This document shows positions 9,925 through 20,133 of a stretch of DNA of 64,000 bases, one piece after another. This DNA comes from an uncultured delta proteobacterium (GTDB lineage Bacteria; Desulfobacterota; Desulfobaccia; Desulfobaccales; 0-14-0-80-60-11). The first letter of the stretch is position 1; each line of letters opens with the position of its first letter. Position numbers and translations under genes: made by a program. Where the stretch lies: NCBI GenBank assembly GCA_963812015.1, contig CAWETI010000002.1, positions 640,001 to 704,000 of the forward strand, written 5' to 3'. The notes under the pieces were generated by a model, which was not told where the DNA came from, did not search any database, and saw only the letters and a list, made by a program, of their open reading frames with translations.

Positions 9925-10342
9925 AACTATTTAATGCCATAACCGAAAGAAAAATTCATCTTAAATTTTTTGCGGCATCACCCCCTCTTTTCTTCACAGA
10001 CCATGGTCATCCCTATTTGGCCTGTTAGGATATTCTGCTACCGCAAACCGGCGTAGGCTAAGAAACTTCATTGAATGTCCAAATATTAATAAGGAGATGT
10101 CCAAAAGCTAATGAAGAAAGGGCACGGACTAAGAAAAAAACAATGTTCATGATTATGTCCTGGACAAAACTGCCATAATTGGATACTAATTATGTAATAG
10201 TATGATTGGTTGTCGAAATGGAGGCCAAGGCTCTTCACAGAGAAAGACAAGCGATTGTATGGGAGTGGCTTCCTGCTAAAAAGTTTCGTTCCCTAATGAT
10301 AATGTAACATTAATGCAGACCTGAGGGACTGGAAACCTCGCA

Positions 10343-10705
10343 ATGAATGCCCGGAATCGTGGAAAAGCTAGTGTCCGCCTTCGATTTAACGGGAGCAAGC
10401 TGAGGATCTTCCGGCGACGAGCTAAGCTTTCGTTAAGTCAGGTGTCTGAAATGACAAGCATCTCCACTTCGTCCCTCAGCGATTATGAATGTGGCCTCAT
10501 AGTGCCTCAACTGCATCAACTTAAGAAGCTTTGCGAGATATATGAGCTTGACCCAATTGAGGTTTGTGAGCTCTTATGGCTTAAATTCGTTGACACCTCT
10601 TTCCTTAAAAGCTTTCGCGCCGCTTGTCAGCAGGCAGGACATACTCCACTCCAAGTTTACAGAAGTCTCATAATAAATTATAAGAATTGGGTTAAAAAGG
10701 AATAA
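10343..10705 (+). CDS. XRE-family helix-turn-helix regulator
   Basis: KLRIFRRRAKLSLSQVSEMTSISTSSLSDYECGLIVP HTH_3 pattern. Confidence 0.7.
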   Translation: MNARNRGKASVRLRFNGSKLRIFRRRAKLSLSQVSEMTSISTSSLSDYECGLIVPQLHQLKKLCEIYELDPIEVCELLWLKFVDTSFLKSFRAACQQAGHTPLQVYRSLIINYKNWVKKE

Positions 10706-11120
10706 TCAATTTTGTAGCGAATAACCTGTTGAAAATTGGATATTTTAGAATTAATTTTTGAGAAATTATAAATTCACCTAATTAAAATTATGGGAAATAA
10801 TTTAATAACATAATATATTGATATTAATGGATAATTTAATTTTAATTTAATTAATCGAATTTAAATTTAAATATTTCATCATTTTAGCCAAAAAGTCTTC
10901 CGGTCTCACCGGAAATTATGGCAATGGACATTGGATATCATATTAGTATCTTTATAAACTCAAAACCAAAAATCTTTTTATAAGATTTCCCGTTAAAATC
11001 GCAAATTAAAAATAATTTCCGGTGGTAACGAAAATCATCTCATTTATCCTTCCGTATTCATTGTAAAATCATATAATTGAATACTACTTTCTGATGATTT
11101 GTTACCCTTGGTAATCTCTT

Positions 11121-12938
11121 TTATCGATAAGAACTCGCCTGCATTTCAAATAACCGCGCATACTTACCGGCCATCTGAATCAACTCGTTATGCGTGCCGC
11201 TTTCGAGTATCCGCCCATTTTCCATGACAAAAATATAATCCGCCAGCCTGACCGTCGAAAAACGATGGCTGATGAGCAGAACCATGCGGTCTATAAACAT
11301 TTTCCGGAAGGATTGAAAAACCTCGTATTCCGCCCGGGCATCCATCCAGCTGGTGGGTTCATCCAAAATGATCAATTGGGCTTTGCGCAAGAAGGCCCGG
11401 GCCAGAGCCACTTTTTGCCATTCGCCCTGGCTGAGTTCTCCCTGGTCCTCAAACTCATGGCCCAAAACGGTCTCGTAGCCCCGGGGCAGCTTCTGAATAA
11501 AAATATCGGCTTGGGTCTGTCGGGCGGCACTGATAATCTTATTGTCGTGAGCAGGTAAACTGATGTCTCCCAGCCAGATATTTTCCCGCGCCGTCAGGCA
11601 GTAGCGGGCGTAATCTTGAAGGATAACGCTGATCTCTCGCCTTATGGCATCGGGATCAAACTGGCGCAAGTCAATACCGTCAATGGCTATATTGCCGCTT
11701 ACCGGATCATAGAGACGGCAGAGGAGCTTGATAAGAGTCGTTTTTCCCGACCCATTCTCTCCCACCAGCGCTACCATCTGGCCCGGCAAAATCTGAAGGT
11801 TGATATCCTCCAGGACGGTTCTCTCCGCTGTGGGGTAGTGAAAATTGACCCGTTCTAGCAAGATGCCTTCCTTTATGGGCCGCGGGAAAGCTGCCGGCGT
11901 GCGAGGCTCCACCAGCTTAGGCTTGAGATCGAGGAACTCGTTAAAGTTGGCGAGAAAGAGGTTATCCTCGTAGAGACTGGTCAGGCCGGTCCAGATCTCC
12001 TGGAGAGCCCCCTGACCCCGCTGAAAGGCCCCGTAATACATGACCATATCCCCGATGGTAATCATCCCCTCGACCGTCTGGTAGGCAACGAAAGCGAGGG
12101 CCCCAAAAATTGCCAACGTGGCGCTGGCTTGGGTGACCAAATCCGCCAGGGACCGTTTGGCCGAAATGTGCAGCTTTTCGATCCGGAGCTTCTTTCTTAA
12201 CTCCCGGAACCAACCCATGAAGAGCGGACCCAGGCCAAAGAGCCGGATCTCCTGAGCATGGCCGCCGTCGGTGAGCATCCAATGATAATAATGGGCCCGC
12301 CTTTCAGCCTGGGTGTGCTGGCTCTGCCAATCGTACATCTGCCTGGCGTATTTCAAGCGCATCAAAACCCCGGGGACCGTAGCCACAAACAGCATGGCGG
12401 CAACCCACCAGCGAAATGAGACCAGCAAACCGGCCAGGGCTAAAAGCGAGATGCCGCTTTGCCCCAGTTGCATCAGGCTGTCCATTATCCTCGTCGGCCT
12501 GTAGGTGGCCTCCTGCTGGGCCCGGTGCAGGGTGTCATAGTACTTGGGGTCTTCATAATATTCCAGGTCTACCGCCACCGACTTGCCATGGATGACATCG
12601 GCAACATGATCGGTGACCACCTGGGTCTGGGCTTCCTTGGCAATCTCAGTGAGAGAGCGGCAACAGGCGGCAAACAAGGCCACGGCAGCCGCCAGAACGA
12701 TGAGCAGGGTTACTTTTTTGAGGGAGTCGGTTTTGTCTGGCGAGAGCAGACCAGAGGTGACCGCATCGACAATCAGTTTCATCAGGTAGAGGGAGACCAG
12801 GGGGAGCAAGCCCTGGATCAGAATGAGCCCGAAATTTGCGACCGTCCATCCCGGGGCGCTTTGCCAGACTAGGCGCAAGGCCCGCTCCAGGTGCAGGCTG
12901 TGCCTGATCCTCTCTTTAAGGGTTTTGGCTGGTTGCAT
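11121..12938 (-). CDS. ABC transporter, fused permease/ATP-binding (lasso D-type exporter)
   Basis: N-terminal TM helices, GENGSGKT, LSQGEWQK, ILDEPT, ISHR. Confidence 0.93.
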   Translation of the reverse strand: MQPAKTLKERIRHSLHLERALRLVWQSAPGWTVANFGLILIQGLLPLVSLYLMKLIVDAVTSGLLSPDKTDSLKKVTLLIVLAAAVALFAACCRSLTEIAKEAQTQVVTDHVADVIHGKSVAVDLEYYEDPKYYDTLHRAQQEATYRPTRIMDSLMQLGQSGISLLALAGLLVSFRWWVAAMLFVATVPGVLMRLKYARQMYDWQSQHTQAERRAHYYHWMLTDGGHAQEIRLFGLGPLFMGWFRELRKKLRIEKLHISAKRSLADLVTQASATLAIFGALAFVAYQTVEGMITIGDMVMYYGAFQRGQGALQEIWTGLTSLYEDNLFLANFNEFLDLKPKLVEPRTPAAFPRPIKEGILLERVNFHYPTAERTVLEDINLQILPGQMVALVGENGSGKTTLIKLLCRLYDPVSGNIAIDGIDLRQFDPDAIRREISVILQDYARYCLTARENIWLGDISLPAHDNKIISAARQTQADIFIQKLPRGYETVLGHEFEDQGELSQGEWQKVALARAFLRKAQLIILDEPTSWMDARAEYEVFQSFRKMFIDRMVLLISHRFSTVRLADYIFVMENGRILESGTHNELIQMAGKYARLFEMQASSYR

Positions 12939-13322
12939 GATTGATCGATAGAAGAAAGAAAGCCAACAATTTATTTAACCTGATGGGCGGCGGAGCTCAA
13001 TGGATCCGCCGATTGGAGCCGCATAGCAAGAATCGTAACCCGGATTGGAAAGAGTCGCCGGAAGTCGAAGAAAAAAAGCGGCTCGGAAAGTGGAACGGAC
13101 CTCTCAGTGATTCGCCCACCGCCAGCGACTGGTTATTCTCTATGCACCTCAATTCAGTTTTATCGGCTCTCTTTCCCCTGGCCCCAGGCCGTCTTGGTTT
13201 TTGTCGGTGGATTAAAATTATAAATTTAACCTATGGGTTGGCAAAAGCAAAGCGTCATGGTAACTGACGGAGGGACGAGGGGGGAAAGGCGGGAATGATA
13301 AGACCTTACTCTGTAGCAAGCC

Positions 13323-13476
13323 GGTCCCATCTGGAACCTGGTCTTGCCGCGACAGACCCAAAAACGCTGAAACGAACAGCGGCCACCGATGGTCTCTTCC
13401 AGCCCGCGATCGGACAACCCATACTACTGCTGCAAGGGCAGGGCGTTACCCATTACCCAGGGCGGATGGCTGGGCG
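13323..13476 (-). pseudogene. IS5-family transposase remnant
   Basis: Manual translation: PSHPPWVMGNALPLQQ*YGLSDRGLEETIGGRCSFQRF, then after a frameshift LGLSRQDQVPDGT. Matches the LQQWYGLSD..LEEAI.DR.SF.RFLGL..VPD pattern. Confidence 0.65.
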
Positions 13477-13778
13477 AAAGCCGGCGCCACTTTTTTGATG
13501 GCGACTTGTTGTCAGGCGCCCTGGGGAATAAAGGTTACACCAGGCAAAAGCGCCGGACTGGCCCGGAGGGGTCTCCGGCCGGACGAGGTGGCCGCGCCAC
13601 TGCGCCGGGCTTCGGGTAGTTCAAAGATCGGAACATTTCTTTATTGATTTCACGAAGCGATGGACTTATGGTAAAATTATCCGGTAAAAAAGAGCCAGGG
13701 CGCTCCCGGCGTTTTTGTTACTGAATATATGTTTTGAATTTGCTACATTATATGTTCGTGAATTTAAAAGGAATCGAT

Positions 13779-14246
13779 TTGGAAATTAAGATTTTAGGCG
13801 TGATTTGCCGACCCTTGGAGCTTTATAACGATCAACGCGGCTGGCTGGCGGAAATTTTCCGCCAGGATGAAGTGGCGCCGGAACATATCCCGGTGATGGC
13901 CTATATGTCCGTGACCAAACCGGGCGTGGGTCGTGGCCCCCATGCCCACCGGGATCAGACCGATATGTTCTGTTTTGCCGGGCCGGGCGACTTCCGGGTG
14001 GTCCTGTGGGATAACCGGGCCGACAGCCCCACGTTCGGGCTCCGCCAGGATTTCCACCTGGGCGAATCTTGCCCGGCGGTGCTTATCGTGCCGCCGGGAG
14101 TGGTGCATGGTTATCGGAATGTGGGCGCCGGGCCTGGTTTCGTCTGCAACTTTGCCAACCGCCTTTACCGTGGCCCCGGGCGCGCCGAGGCGGTGGACGA
14201 GGTGCGTTTTGAGAACGACCCTGATTCCCCCTTCCGGCTGGAATAG
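13779..14246 (+). CDS. rfbC: dTDP-4-dehydrorhamnose 3,5-epimerase family
   Basis: DQRGWLAEIFR, RGPHAH and VPPGVVHGY cupin motifs. TTG start with AAAGGA RBS. Confidence 0.88.
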   Translation: MEIKILGVICRPLELYNDQRGWLAEIFRQDEVAPEHIPVMAYMSVTKPGVGRGPHAHRDQTDMFCFAGPGDFRVVLWDNRADSPTFGLRQDFHLGESCPAVLIVPPGVVHGYRNVGAGPGFVCNFANRLYRGPGRAEAVDEVRFENDPDSPFRLE

Positions 14247-14273
14247 GATGACGGGCAGGGCAGGGAGGTCGCC

Positions 14274-15140
14274 GTGGCCGGGAAACTCTTGATTACCGGC
14301 GCGGCTGGGCAATTGGGTCAGGCCCTGGTTATGGAGGCCGGCCGGCAGGGCTGGGAGGTGGTGCCCACCGATGCCCATGACCTGGACATCACCGATTCCC
14401 AGGTGGTGCGGCGCGAGCTGGCCCGGCAGCGTCCGGAGGTGGTGATCAATGCCGCCGCGGCCACCCGGGTGGACGAGTTGGAGTCGGACCAGGACGGGGC
14501 GCTGCGGGTCAACGGCCTGGGACCCCGGAACCTGGCGGTGGCCTGCCGGCGCCTGGGAATGAAATTGATTCACCTGTCCACGGACTATGTCTTCGATGGG
14601 GCCAAAGCGGAGCCTTACGTGGAATGGGACGCCACGGGCCCCCTGTCGGTCTATGGCCGGAGCAAGCTCCTGGGCGAAGAGTGGGTGCGGCAGCAGTGCC
14701 CTGACCACTTCATTGTGCGCACGGCCTGGCTCTATGGCCTTCCCGGCCCCAATTTCGTCACGGCCATTCTGGCCCGGGGCCGCAGTCTGACCCCGGCCGG
14801 GGAACTGAAGGTGGTGCAGGATCAGCGGGGGACCCCCACCAGCGCTCTGGCCCTGGCGCCCCAGCTCCTGGCCCTGGCCGCGACCGAGGCCTTCGGCACC
14901 TATCATGCCACCTGCCAGGGGGAGACCACCTGGTATGAATTTGCCGGCCTGATCCTTGCGGCGGCCGGGATCCCGGTGCGGCTAACTCCTTGCACCACCG
15001 AGGAATTTCCCCGTCCTGCCCCCCGGCCGGCCAACTCGGTATTGGCAAACCGGCTGCTCCAGGTGGCCGGACTGGACCTCATGCCCACCTGGCAGGTAGC
15101 CTTCCAGGAGTTTTGGGCAGCCTATAGGGACCGATTATGA
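14274..15140 (+). CDS. rfbD: dTDP-4-dehydrorhamnose reductase
   Basis: TGAAGQLG, STDYVFDG, YGRSK, DQRGTPT, RPANSVL. Confidence 0.95.
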   Translation: MAGKLLITGAAGQLGQALVMEAGRQGWEVVPTDAHDLDITDSQVVRRELARQRPEVVINAAAATRVDELESDQDGALRVNGLGPRNLAVACRRLGMKLIHLSTDYVFDGAKAEPYVEWDATGPLSVYGRSKLLGEEWVRQQCPDHFIVRTAWLYGLPGPNFVTAILARGRSLTPAGELKVVQDQRGTPTSALALAPQLLALAATEAFGTYHATCQGETTWYEFAGLILAAAGIPVRLTPCTTEEFPRPAPRPANSVLANRLLQVAGLDLMPTWQVAFQEFWAAYRDRL

Positions 15141-16234
15141 GTTATGTCTTGGTAACCGGCGGGGCGGGGTTCATCGGCGCCAACTTCCTCTATTTTCTGC
15201 GGCAGGCCCGGCCGGACTGGCACATCCTCAACCTGGACCTGCTGACCTACGCCGGCAACCCGGAAAGCCTCAGCGGTTTTCAGGGCGATACCCATTATAC
15301 GTTTATCCAGGGGGACGTGGCCGACCGGGATCTGGTCCAGGGCTTGTTTTCTCGGTATCCCATTAACCGGGTGGTGCACTTTGCGGCCGAATCCCATGTG
15401 GACCGCTCAATTTTGGACCCGGGCGTCTTTGTCCGCACCAACGTGGTGGGGACCTTCACTCTGCTGGAAGCGGCCCGCCAGGCCTGGAAACCGCCGGCCG
15501 AGGAAGCGGCCCCCCGGTTTTTGCATGTTAGTACGGATGAAGTGTACGGCTCGTTGGGATCCCACGAGCCGCCGGTCACCGAGGCGGCGCCCTACGCCCC
15601 CCGGAGCCCCTATGCGGCCTCCAAGGCCGGAGCCGACTTTCTGGTGCGCTCCTATTTTCACACGTATCAGATGCCGGTGCTCATCACCAACTGTTCCAAC
15701 AATTATGGCCCTTACCAGTTCCCGGAAAAGCTGATTCCCTTCAGCCTCAGCCAGGCCCTGGAAGGTAAGCCCATCCCCATCTACGGGCAGGGCGCCAATG
15801 TGCGGGACTGGATCTTTGTGGCGGATCATTGCCAGGCGCTGCTGCAAGTGTTGGAGCAGGGCCGCCCCGGGGAGACCTATAATATCGGCGGCCGCCAGGA
15901 GGTCCCCAACCTGGAGCTGGTGCGCCGGTTGCTGCGCCTGCTCCGGGAGATGCGGCCGGATTTGGGCGACCTGGACCAGTTAATCACCTTGGTTCCGGAC
16001 CGTCCCGGCCACGACTGGCGTTATGCGCTGAATATCGGTAAAATTGAGGCTGAACTCGGTTGGCGTCCCCAGGTGGGTCTGGACGAGGGGCTGAGGCGCA
16101 CCATCTCCTGGTATCTCACCCATCAGGACTGGTTAAACCGGGTACGGTCCCAGGCCTACCGCACCTTTATGAAGGAACAATATGGCGCCGGGGTGGTGGG
16201 CTCAGGTTCGCCCCTGGAGAGCCCAAGCCTTTAG
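15137..16234 (+). CDS. rfbB: dTDP-glucose 4,6-dehydratase
   Basis: TGGAGFIG, AAESHVDRS, STDEVYG, YAASK, NNYGPYQFPEKLIP. Confidence 0.97.
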   Translation: MSYVLVTGGAGFIGANFLYFLRQARPDWHILNLDLLTYAGNPESLSGFQGDTHYTFIQGDVADRDLVQGLFSRYPINRVVHFAAESHVDRSILDPGVFVRTNVVGTFTLLEAARQAWKPPAEEAAPRFLHVSTDEVYGSLGSHEPPVTEAAPYAPRSPYAASKAGADFLVRSYFHTYQMPVLITNCSNNYGPYQFPEKLIPFSLSQALEGKPIPIYGQGANVRDWIFVADHCQALLQVLEQGRPGETYNIGGRQEVPNLELVRRLLRLLREMRPDLGDLDQLITLVPDRPGHDWRYALNIGKIEAELGWRPQVGLDEGLRRTISWYLTHQDWLNRVRSQAYRTFMKEQYGAGVVGSGSPLESPSL

Positions 16235-16487
16235 GGGGGCGATCGGCGCCAACCCCGGAGGCTCAAAGGCAAGGGTGGCTGCGGGCCGGAAATTCCTGAC
16301 CCGCCGGCCCGGTTCCCCTTTCCCTTCTCTGGTGAAAGGGGGGCAAAGCGGTGAGATACTTCGATGAGGCATAAGGGGGTATTTCATCCGGGTTATGAAA
16401 AAATCAAGTTATTGATAAGAATGCCCGAACAAGTCCAAAAGGGACGCCAGGCTGTCGTAGAGCCATGGAACAGGCCAAAGGTTAGGC

Positions 16488-18512
16488 ATGCAAGAGCAAC
16501 CGATTATTCTGGTAGTGGACGATGACCCTGCCATTCTGGAGCTGGTAACAGATATTCTGCAGCCATCCGGTTACCTGGTGAACACCGCCGCCAACGGGAA
16601 GGAAGCCTTGGCGGCCCTCCAGGCCCATCCCTATGATCTGGTCCTCACCGATATGATCATGCCCCAGATGGGGGGCATGGAATTAGTGCAATACCTGCGT
16701 CTGAACCATCCTGAGACCCTGGTTCTCGTGTTCACCGGTTTTGCCAGTTACCAGGACGCGGTGGATGCCGTGAAGCTCGGGGCGTTTGACTACCTCCCCA
16801 AGCCCTTGCAGCCCGAAATCTTGCGCCATGCCATCGAGCGGGCCCTGGATTATCAACGGGTGTGCCGGTCGCAACGGGATTTGGAGACGGTGTTCCAGGG
16901 GGCCGAAGCCTTGGGTTGGCAGGCCCTGGAACTAGTTTCCACCACTCCCGAGGCCGCCATCCTGGGAGAGTTGCGAGAGCAGGCCTGGCAGCAGAAAGAC
17001 CTCAAAGAGGTGGGGGGCCTTTTCCTGGAAGCCGCCCAGGCATTGCTGCACGTGACGAACAGCTCCATTTTCCTCTATGACCCCGTCCGGGGCCAGTTTT
17101 CCGGCCTGGCGGCTTTGGGTCACGACTCCGAAGGGAAGGCCGGGGCCATGATCACCGCCTCAGGGGTCATGGGTTACGTGGCCACGCACCGGCGTCCTTT
17201 GCTGGTCCCCGATCTCAGCCGGGACTCCCACTTAGCCCTGATGCCCCGGCGCACCACCTACCGGACTAACAGCTTCATGGTTATCCCCCTCACGGGATAT
17301 AAATTCTGGGGGGTGATCAACCTCGCCGATCGGCAGGACAAAAATCCTTTTGGCTCCCGGGATCTCTTCCTGGGCTGGCTGATAGGCCGGTTGCTGGTGG
17401 AGATTTTAGAGGCCAGGGAAGCCCCCGAGGAGATGAGCGTCCCGTCCCTGACAACCTGGATCACCAAAGAGATCCCCATGGGCATGGCGGTTCTGGACCA
17501 GGATCTCTCCGTCATCCAGGCCAACCCGGCCCTGGAGCGGATGGTGCATTTAACCAAAGGGAGTCTGGTGGGACGGAATCTTTTATCCTGCCTGAGATTA
17601 AGCCTCGCCGACCAGGATCTTCTCGGGCAAGCCTTCCAACAAGTCCTGGCCAGCCAGGAGCCCCGGGAATTGTCTTCCCTGAAATCGACTGGCAAGAATA
17701 ACGAAATCCGTTACCTCGGTATCAAAATGTTAACGGTGCCGGATGAACGCACCCCCCGCCGGGGATTGCTGCTGGTTGAGGATGTGACCGAATCGGAACA
17801 GCTCAAACAGCGGCTGGAACTTTACGAGCATCTGGCCATCATGGGCAAGCTCACCCTCTGCGTAGCCCACGAGCTGAACAATCCCCTGGACGGCATCCGA
17901 CGCTACCTGTCCCTGGCTATTTTGAAGAAAGAGGACGCCTCGAGTGTGGAACGCTACCTCACCGAGGCCCAGAAAGGGCTCCAGAAAATGTCCATGAGCC
18001 TCAAGTCATTGATGTTTTCGGCCAATCCGTTTAAAGCGCCGCCCCGAGCCAGCGACACGCTCCTCAACCTTCTCCAGGACGCCATCAAGATCATGATGTT
18101 CCAGGCCAGCGACCAACGGGTGCAGATCGATTTCCATCCGCCCCCGGAGTTTGAAAAAATTGTCACCGAGGCCGACCTCTATTACGTGTTCATCAATCTT
18201 ATCAAGAATGCCCTCCAGGCCATGCCTCAGGGAGGCCGCCTGGAGATGAGCGGCACGCTGAATGCGCCCGGTTTGGAGATTTCCTTTCATGACACCGGAG
18301 CCGGCCTCACCTCCGAGGAGATGAACCACATCTTCCAGCCGTTCTATTCCACCAAAGAGGGGATCCAGGGCTTGGGGTTGGGTTTACCCATTTGCCAGAA
18401 GATCCTGGAGCGCTACGGTGGCCGCTTAGCGGTGGAAAGCCAGCCCGGCCAGGGCACCACTGTCCGGGTGCTGTTGCCCTATGGTGAATCGGGAGTATCC
18501 CATGGCCAATAA
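16488..18512 (+). CDS. Hybrid sensor histidine kinase (REC-GAF-PAS-HisKA-HATPase)
   Basis: VVDDD/LTD/PKP receiver, AHELNNPL, NLIKNA, DTGAG, GLGLGL. Confidence 0.92.
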   Translation: MQEQPIILVVDDDPAILELVTDILQPSGYLVNTAANGKEALAALQAHPYDLVLTDMIMPQMGGMELVQYLRLNHPETLVLVFTGFASYQDAVDAVKLGAFDYLPKPLQPEILRHAIERALDYQRVCRSQRDLETVFQGAEALGWQALELVSTTPEAAILGELREQAWQQKDLKEVGGLFLEAAQALLHVTNSSIFLYDPVRGQFSGLAALGHDSEGKAGAMITASGVMGYVATHRRPLLVPDLSRDSHLALMPRRTTYRTNSFMVIPLTGYKFWGVINLADRQDKNPFGSRDLFLGWLIGRLLVEILEAREAPEEMSVPSLTTWITKEIPMGMAVLDQDLSVIQANPALERMVHLTKGSLVGRNLLSCLRLSLADQDLLGQAFQQVLASQEPRELSSLKSTGKNNEIRYLGIKMLTVPDERTPRRGLLLVEDVTESEQLKQRLELYEHLAIMGKLTLCVAHELNNPLDGIRRYLSLAILKKEDASSVERYLTEAQKGLQKMSMSLKSLMFSANPFKAPPRASDTLLNLLQDAIKIMMFQASDQRVQIDFHPPPEFEKIVTEADLYYVFINLIKNALQAMPQGGRLEMSGTLNAPGLEISFHDTGAGLTSEEMNHIFQPFYSTKEGIQGLGLGLPICQKILERYGGRLAVESQPGQGTTVRVLLPYGESGVSHGQ

Positions 18513-19911
18513 AGACATCCTGATCGTGGATGACGAGGCTCTGGTAGGTGAGTCCCTCAAAGAGATGCTCACCCTGGAAGGTTTCAGCGCCGATGCGGTG
18601 CTGGATGGCCAGGCCGCCTTGGCCAAGATCAAGGACGATCACTACGATTTGATTCTCTCCGATATCCAGATGCCCGACCTCAACGGCATCGAGTTACTCA
18701 AGGAGTTGAAAGGCCGGTCTCCCGATACGGCAGTCATTTTCATCACCGGCCACGGCCACATTGCCGGGGCCGTGGAGGCCATCAAACTGGGGGCTTACGA
18801 CTACATTACCAAGCCCATCGACGATCTGCGTCTCAAACTCACCATCGGCCACGCCCTGGAGCAGAAAAAGCTGCGGGCTTCTTACGACTCCCTGAAACAG
18901 CGCATCAAGCCCTGGAGCCTGGATGAGACCCTGGTGGTCGGGGACCGGAAGATGGACCAGCTCCTGGAACTGGTCCACACCATCGCCGACACCATGGCCA
19001 CGGTGCTGATCACCGGGGAATCGGGGACCGGCAAATCCATGCTGGCCCACTACATTCACCTGCACTCGCATCGCCGGGACAAGCCCTTTGTCAAAATCAG
19101 CTGCGGGTCCCTGTCCGAAACCCTTCTGGAGAGCGAGCTGTTCGGCCATGTCCGGGGTTCTTTTACCGGGGCCATCCGGGATAAAAAGGGGAAATTCGAA
19201 GAAGCCAGCGGCGGCACCATCTTTCTGGACGACATCAACTCGGCCTCCCCCAATTTACAGATTAAACTTCTGCGCGTCCTCCAGGAAAAGGTCATTGAAC
19301 GCGTGGGGGGAAATGTCCCCATCCATACGGATGTGCGGATCATCACGGCTACCAATGCCTCCCTCCAAGAAGAGGTAGCCAAGCAGAGCTTCCGGGAAGA
19401 CCTGTACTACCGCGTCAACGTGGTCTCGTTCACTATTCCGCCCTTGCGGGACCGATTGAGTGACATTGAACCCCTGGCAACCTTTTTCATCAAACAATTC
19501 AATCAGATCCACCATCGGGAGATCAAGGGCATCTCCAAGAGCGCCCTGCAATTCTGTCTCCAATACCCCTGGCCGGGAAATGTCCGGGAGTTGGAGAATG
19601 TCATGGAACGCGCCGTCATCCTGAGCCAGGGAGAGTTCATCGTCCCGGAATCCCTGCCAGCCAATATCCGGGAAAACCAGGCGGCCACCTTCCGGGAAGA
19701 TCTCAAGCACCTGACCCTGGAAGAAGCCATGGACCGGGCCGAGAAGCAGATCATCCTGGAGACCCTCCATGCGTTTAGCTGGAACCGCAAGCTCAGCGCC
19801 CGGACCCTGGGAATCAGCCGCACCACCCTGTTCAACAAGATGCGGCGGTTTCAACTGGTCGATCCCCGGCGGTCGGCGTCGAACAGCTTTAGCGAATTCG
19901 CCTCCACTTAA
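18502..19911 (+). CDS. Sigma-54-dependent NtrC-family response regulator
   Basis: Receiver domain, GESGTGKS, GSFTGA, WPGNVRELEN, Fis-type HTH. Confidence 0.95.
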   Translation: MANKDILIVDDEALVGESLKEMLTLEGFSADAVLDGQAALAKIKDDHYDLILSDIQMPDLNGIELLKELKGRSPDTAVIFITGHGHIAGAVEAIKLGAYDYITKPIDDLRLKLTIGHALEQKKLRASYDSLKQRIKPWSLDETLVVGDRKMDQLLELVHTIADTMATVLITGESGTGKSMLAHYIHLHSHRRDKPFVKISCGSLSETLLESELFGHVRGSFTGAIRDKKGKFEEASGGTIFLDDINSASPNLQIKLLRVLQEKVIERVGGNVPIHTDVRIITATNASLQEEVAKQSFREDLYYRVNVVSFTIPPLRDRLSDIEPLATFFIKQFNQIHHREIKGISKSALQFCLQYPWPGNVRELENVMERAVILSQGEFIVPESLPANIRENQAATFREDLKHLTLEEAMDRAEKQIILETLHAFSWNRKLSARTLGISRTTLFNKMRRFQLVDPRRSASNSFSEFAST

Positions 19912-20133
19912 CCTTCCTTAAGGCCTTCGGGACGCGGGCACGATGCATCAGCCCCGCCAGGCATGGCGATGGCCTGGCTTAAGGCCACGGCCGGCCGTGC
20001 TCCCCGCCGGTCTGATAAAATGTCGGGGGGATGATTTTCCTTCCCGGCTGCTTTTTGCAGAGAGGAGCGGTGAGGCCGGAAGGCCGCCGTGAGTTTGCGG
20101 CGCCCGGTCGCCGCCAGGTACGCGAGGGACATT

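Noticed and set aside
12941..13619. Short ORFs as lasso precursor or riboswitch
   Set aside because: No leader motif or recognisable aptamer. Part of the region is an IS5 remnant.
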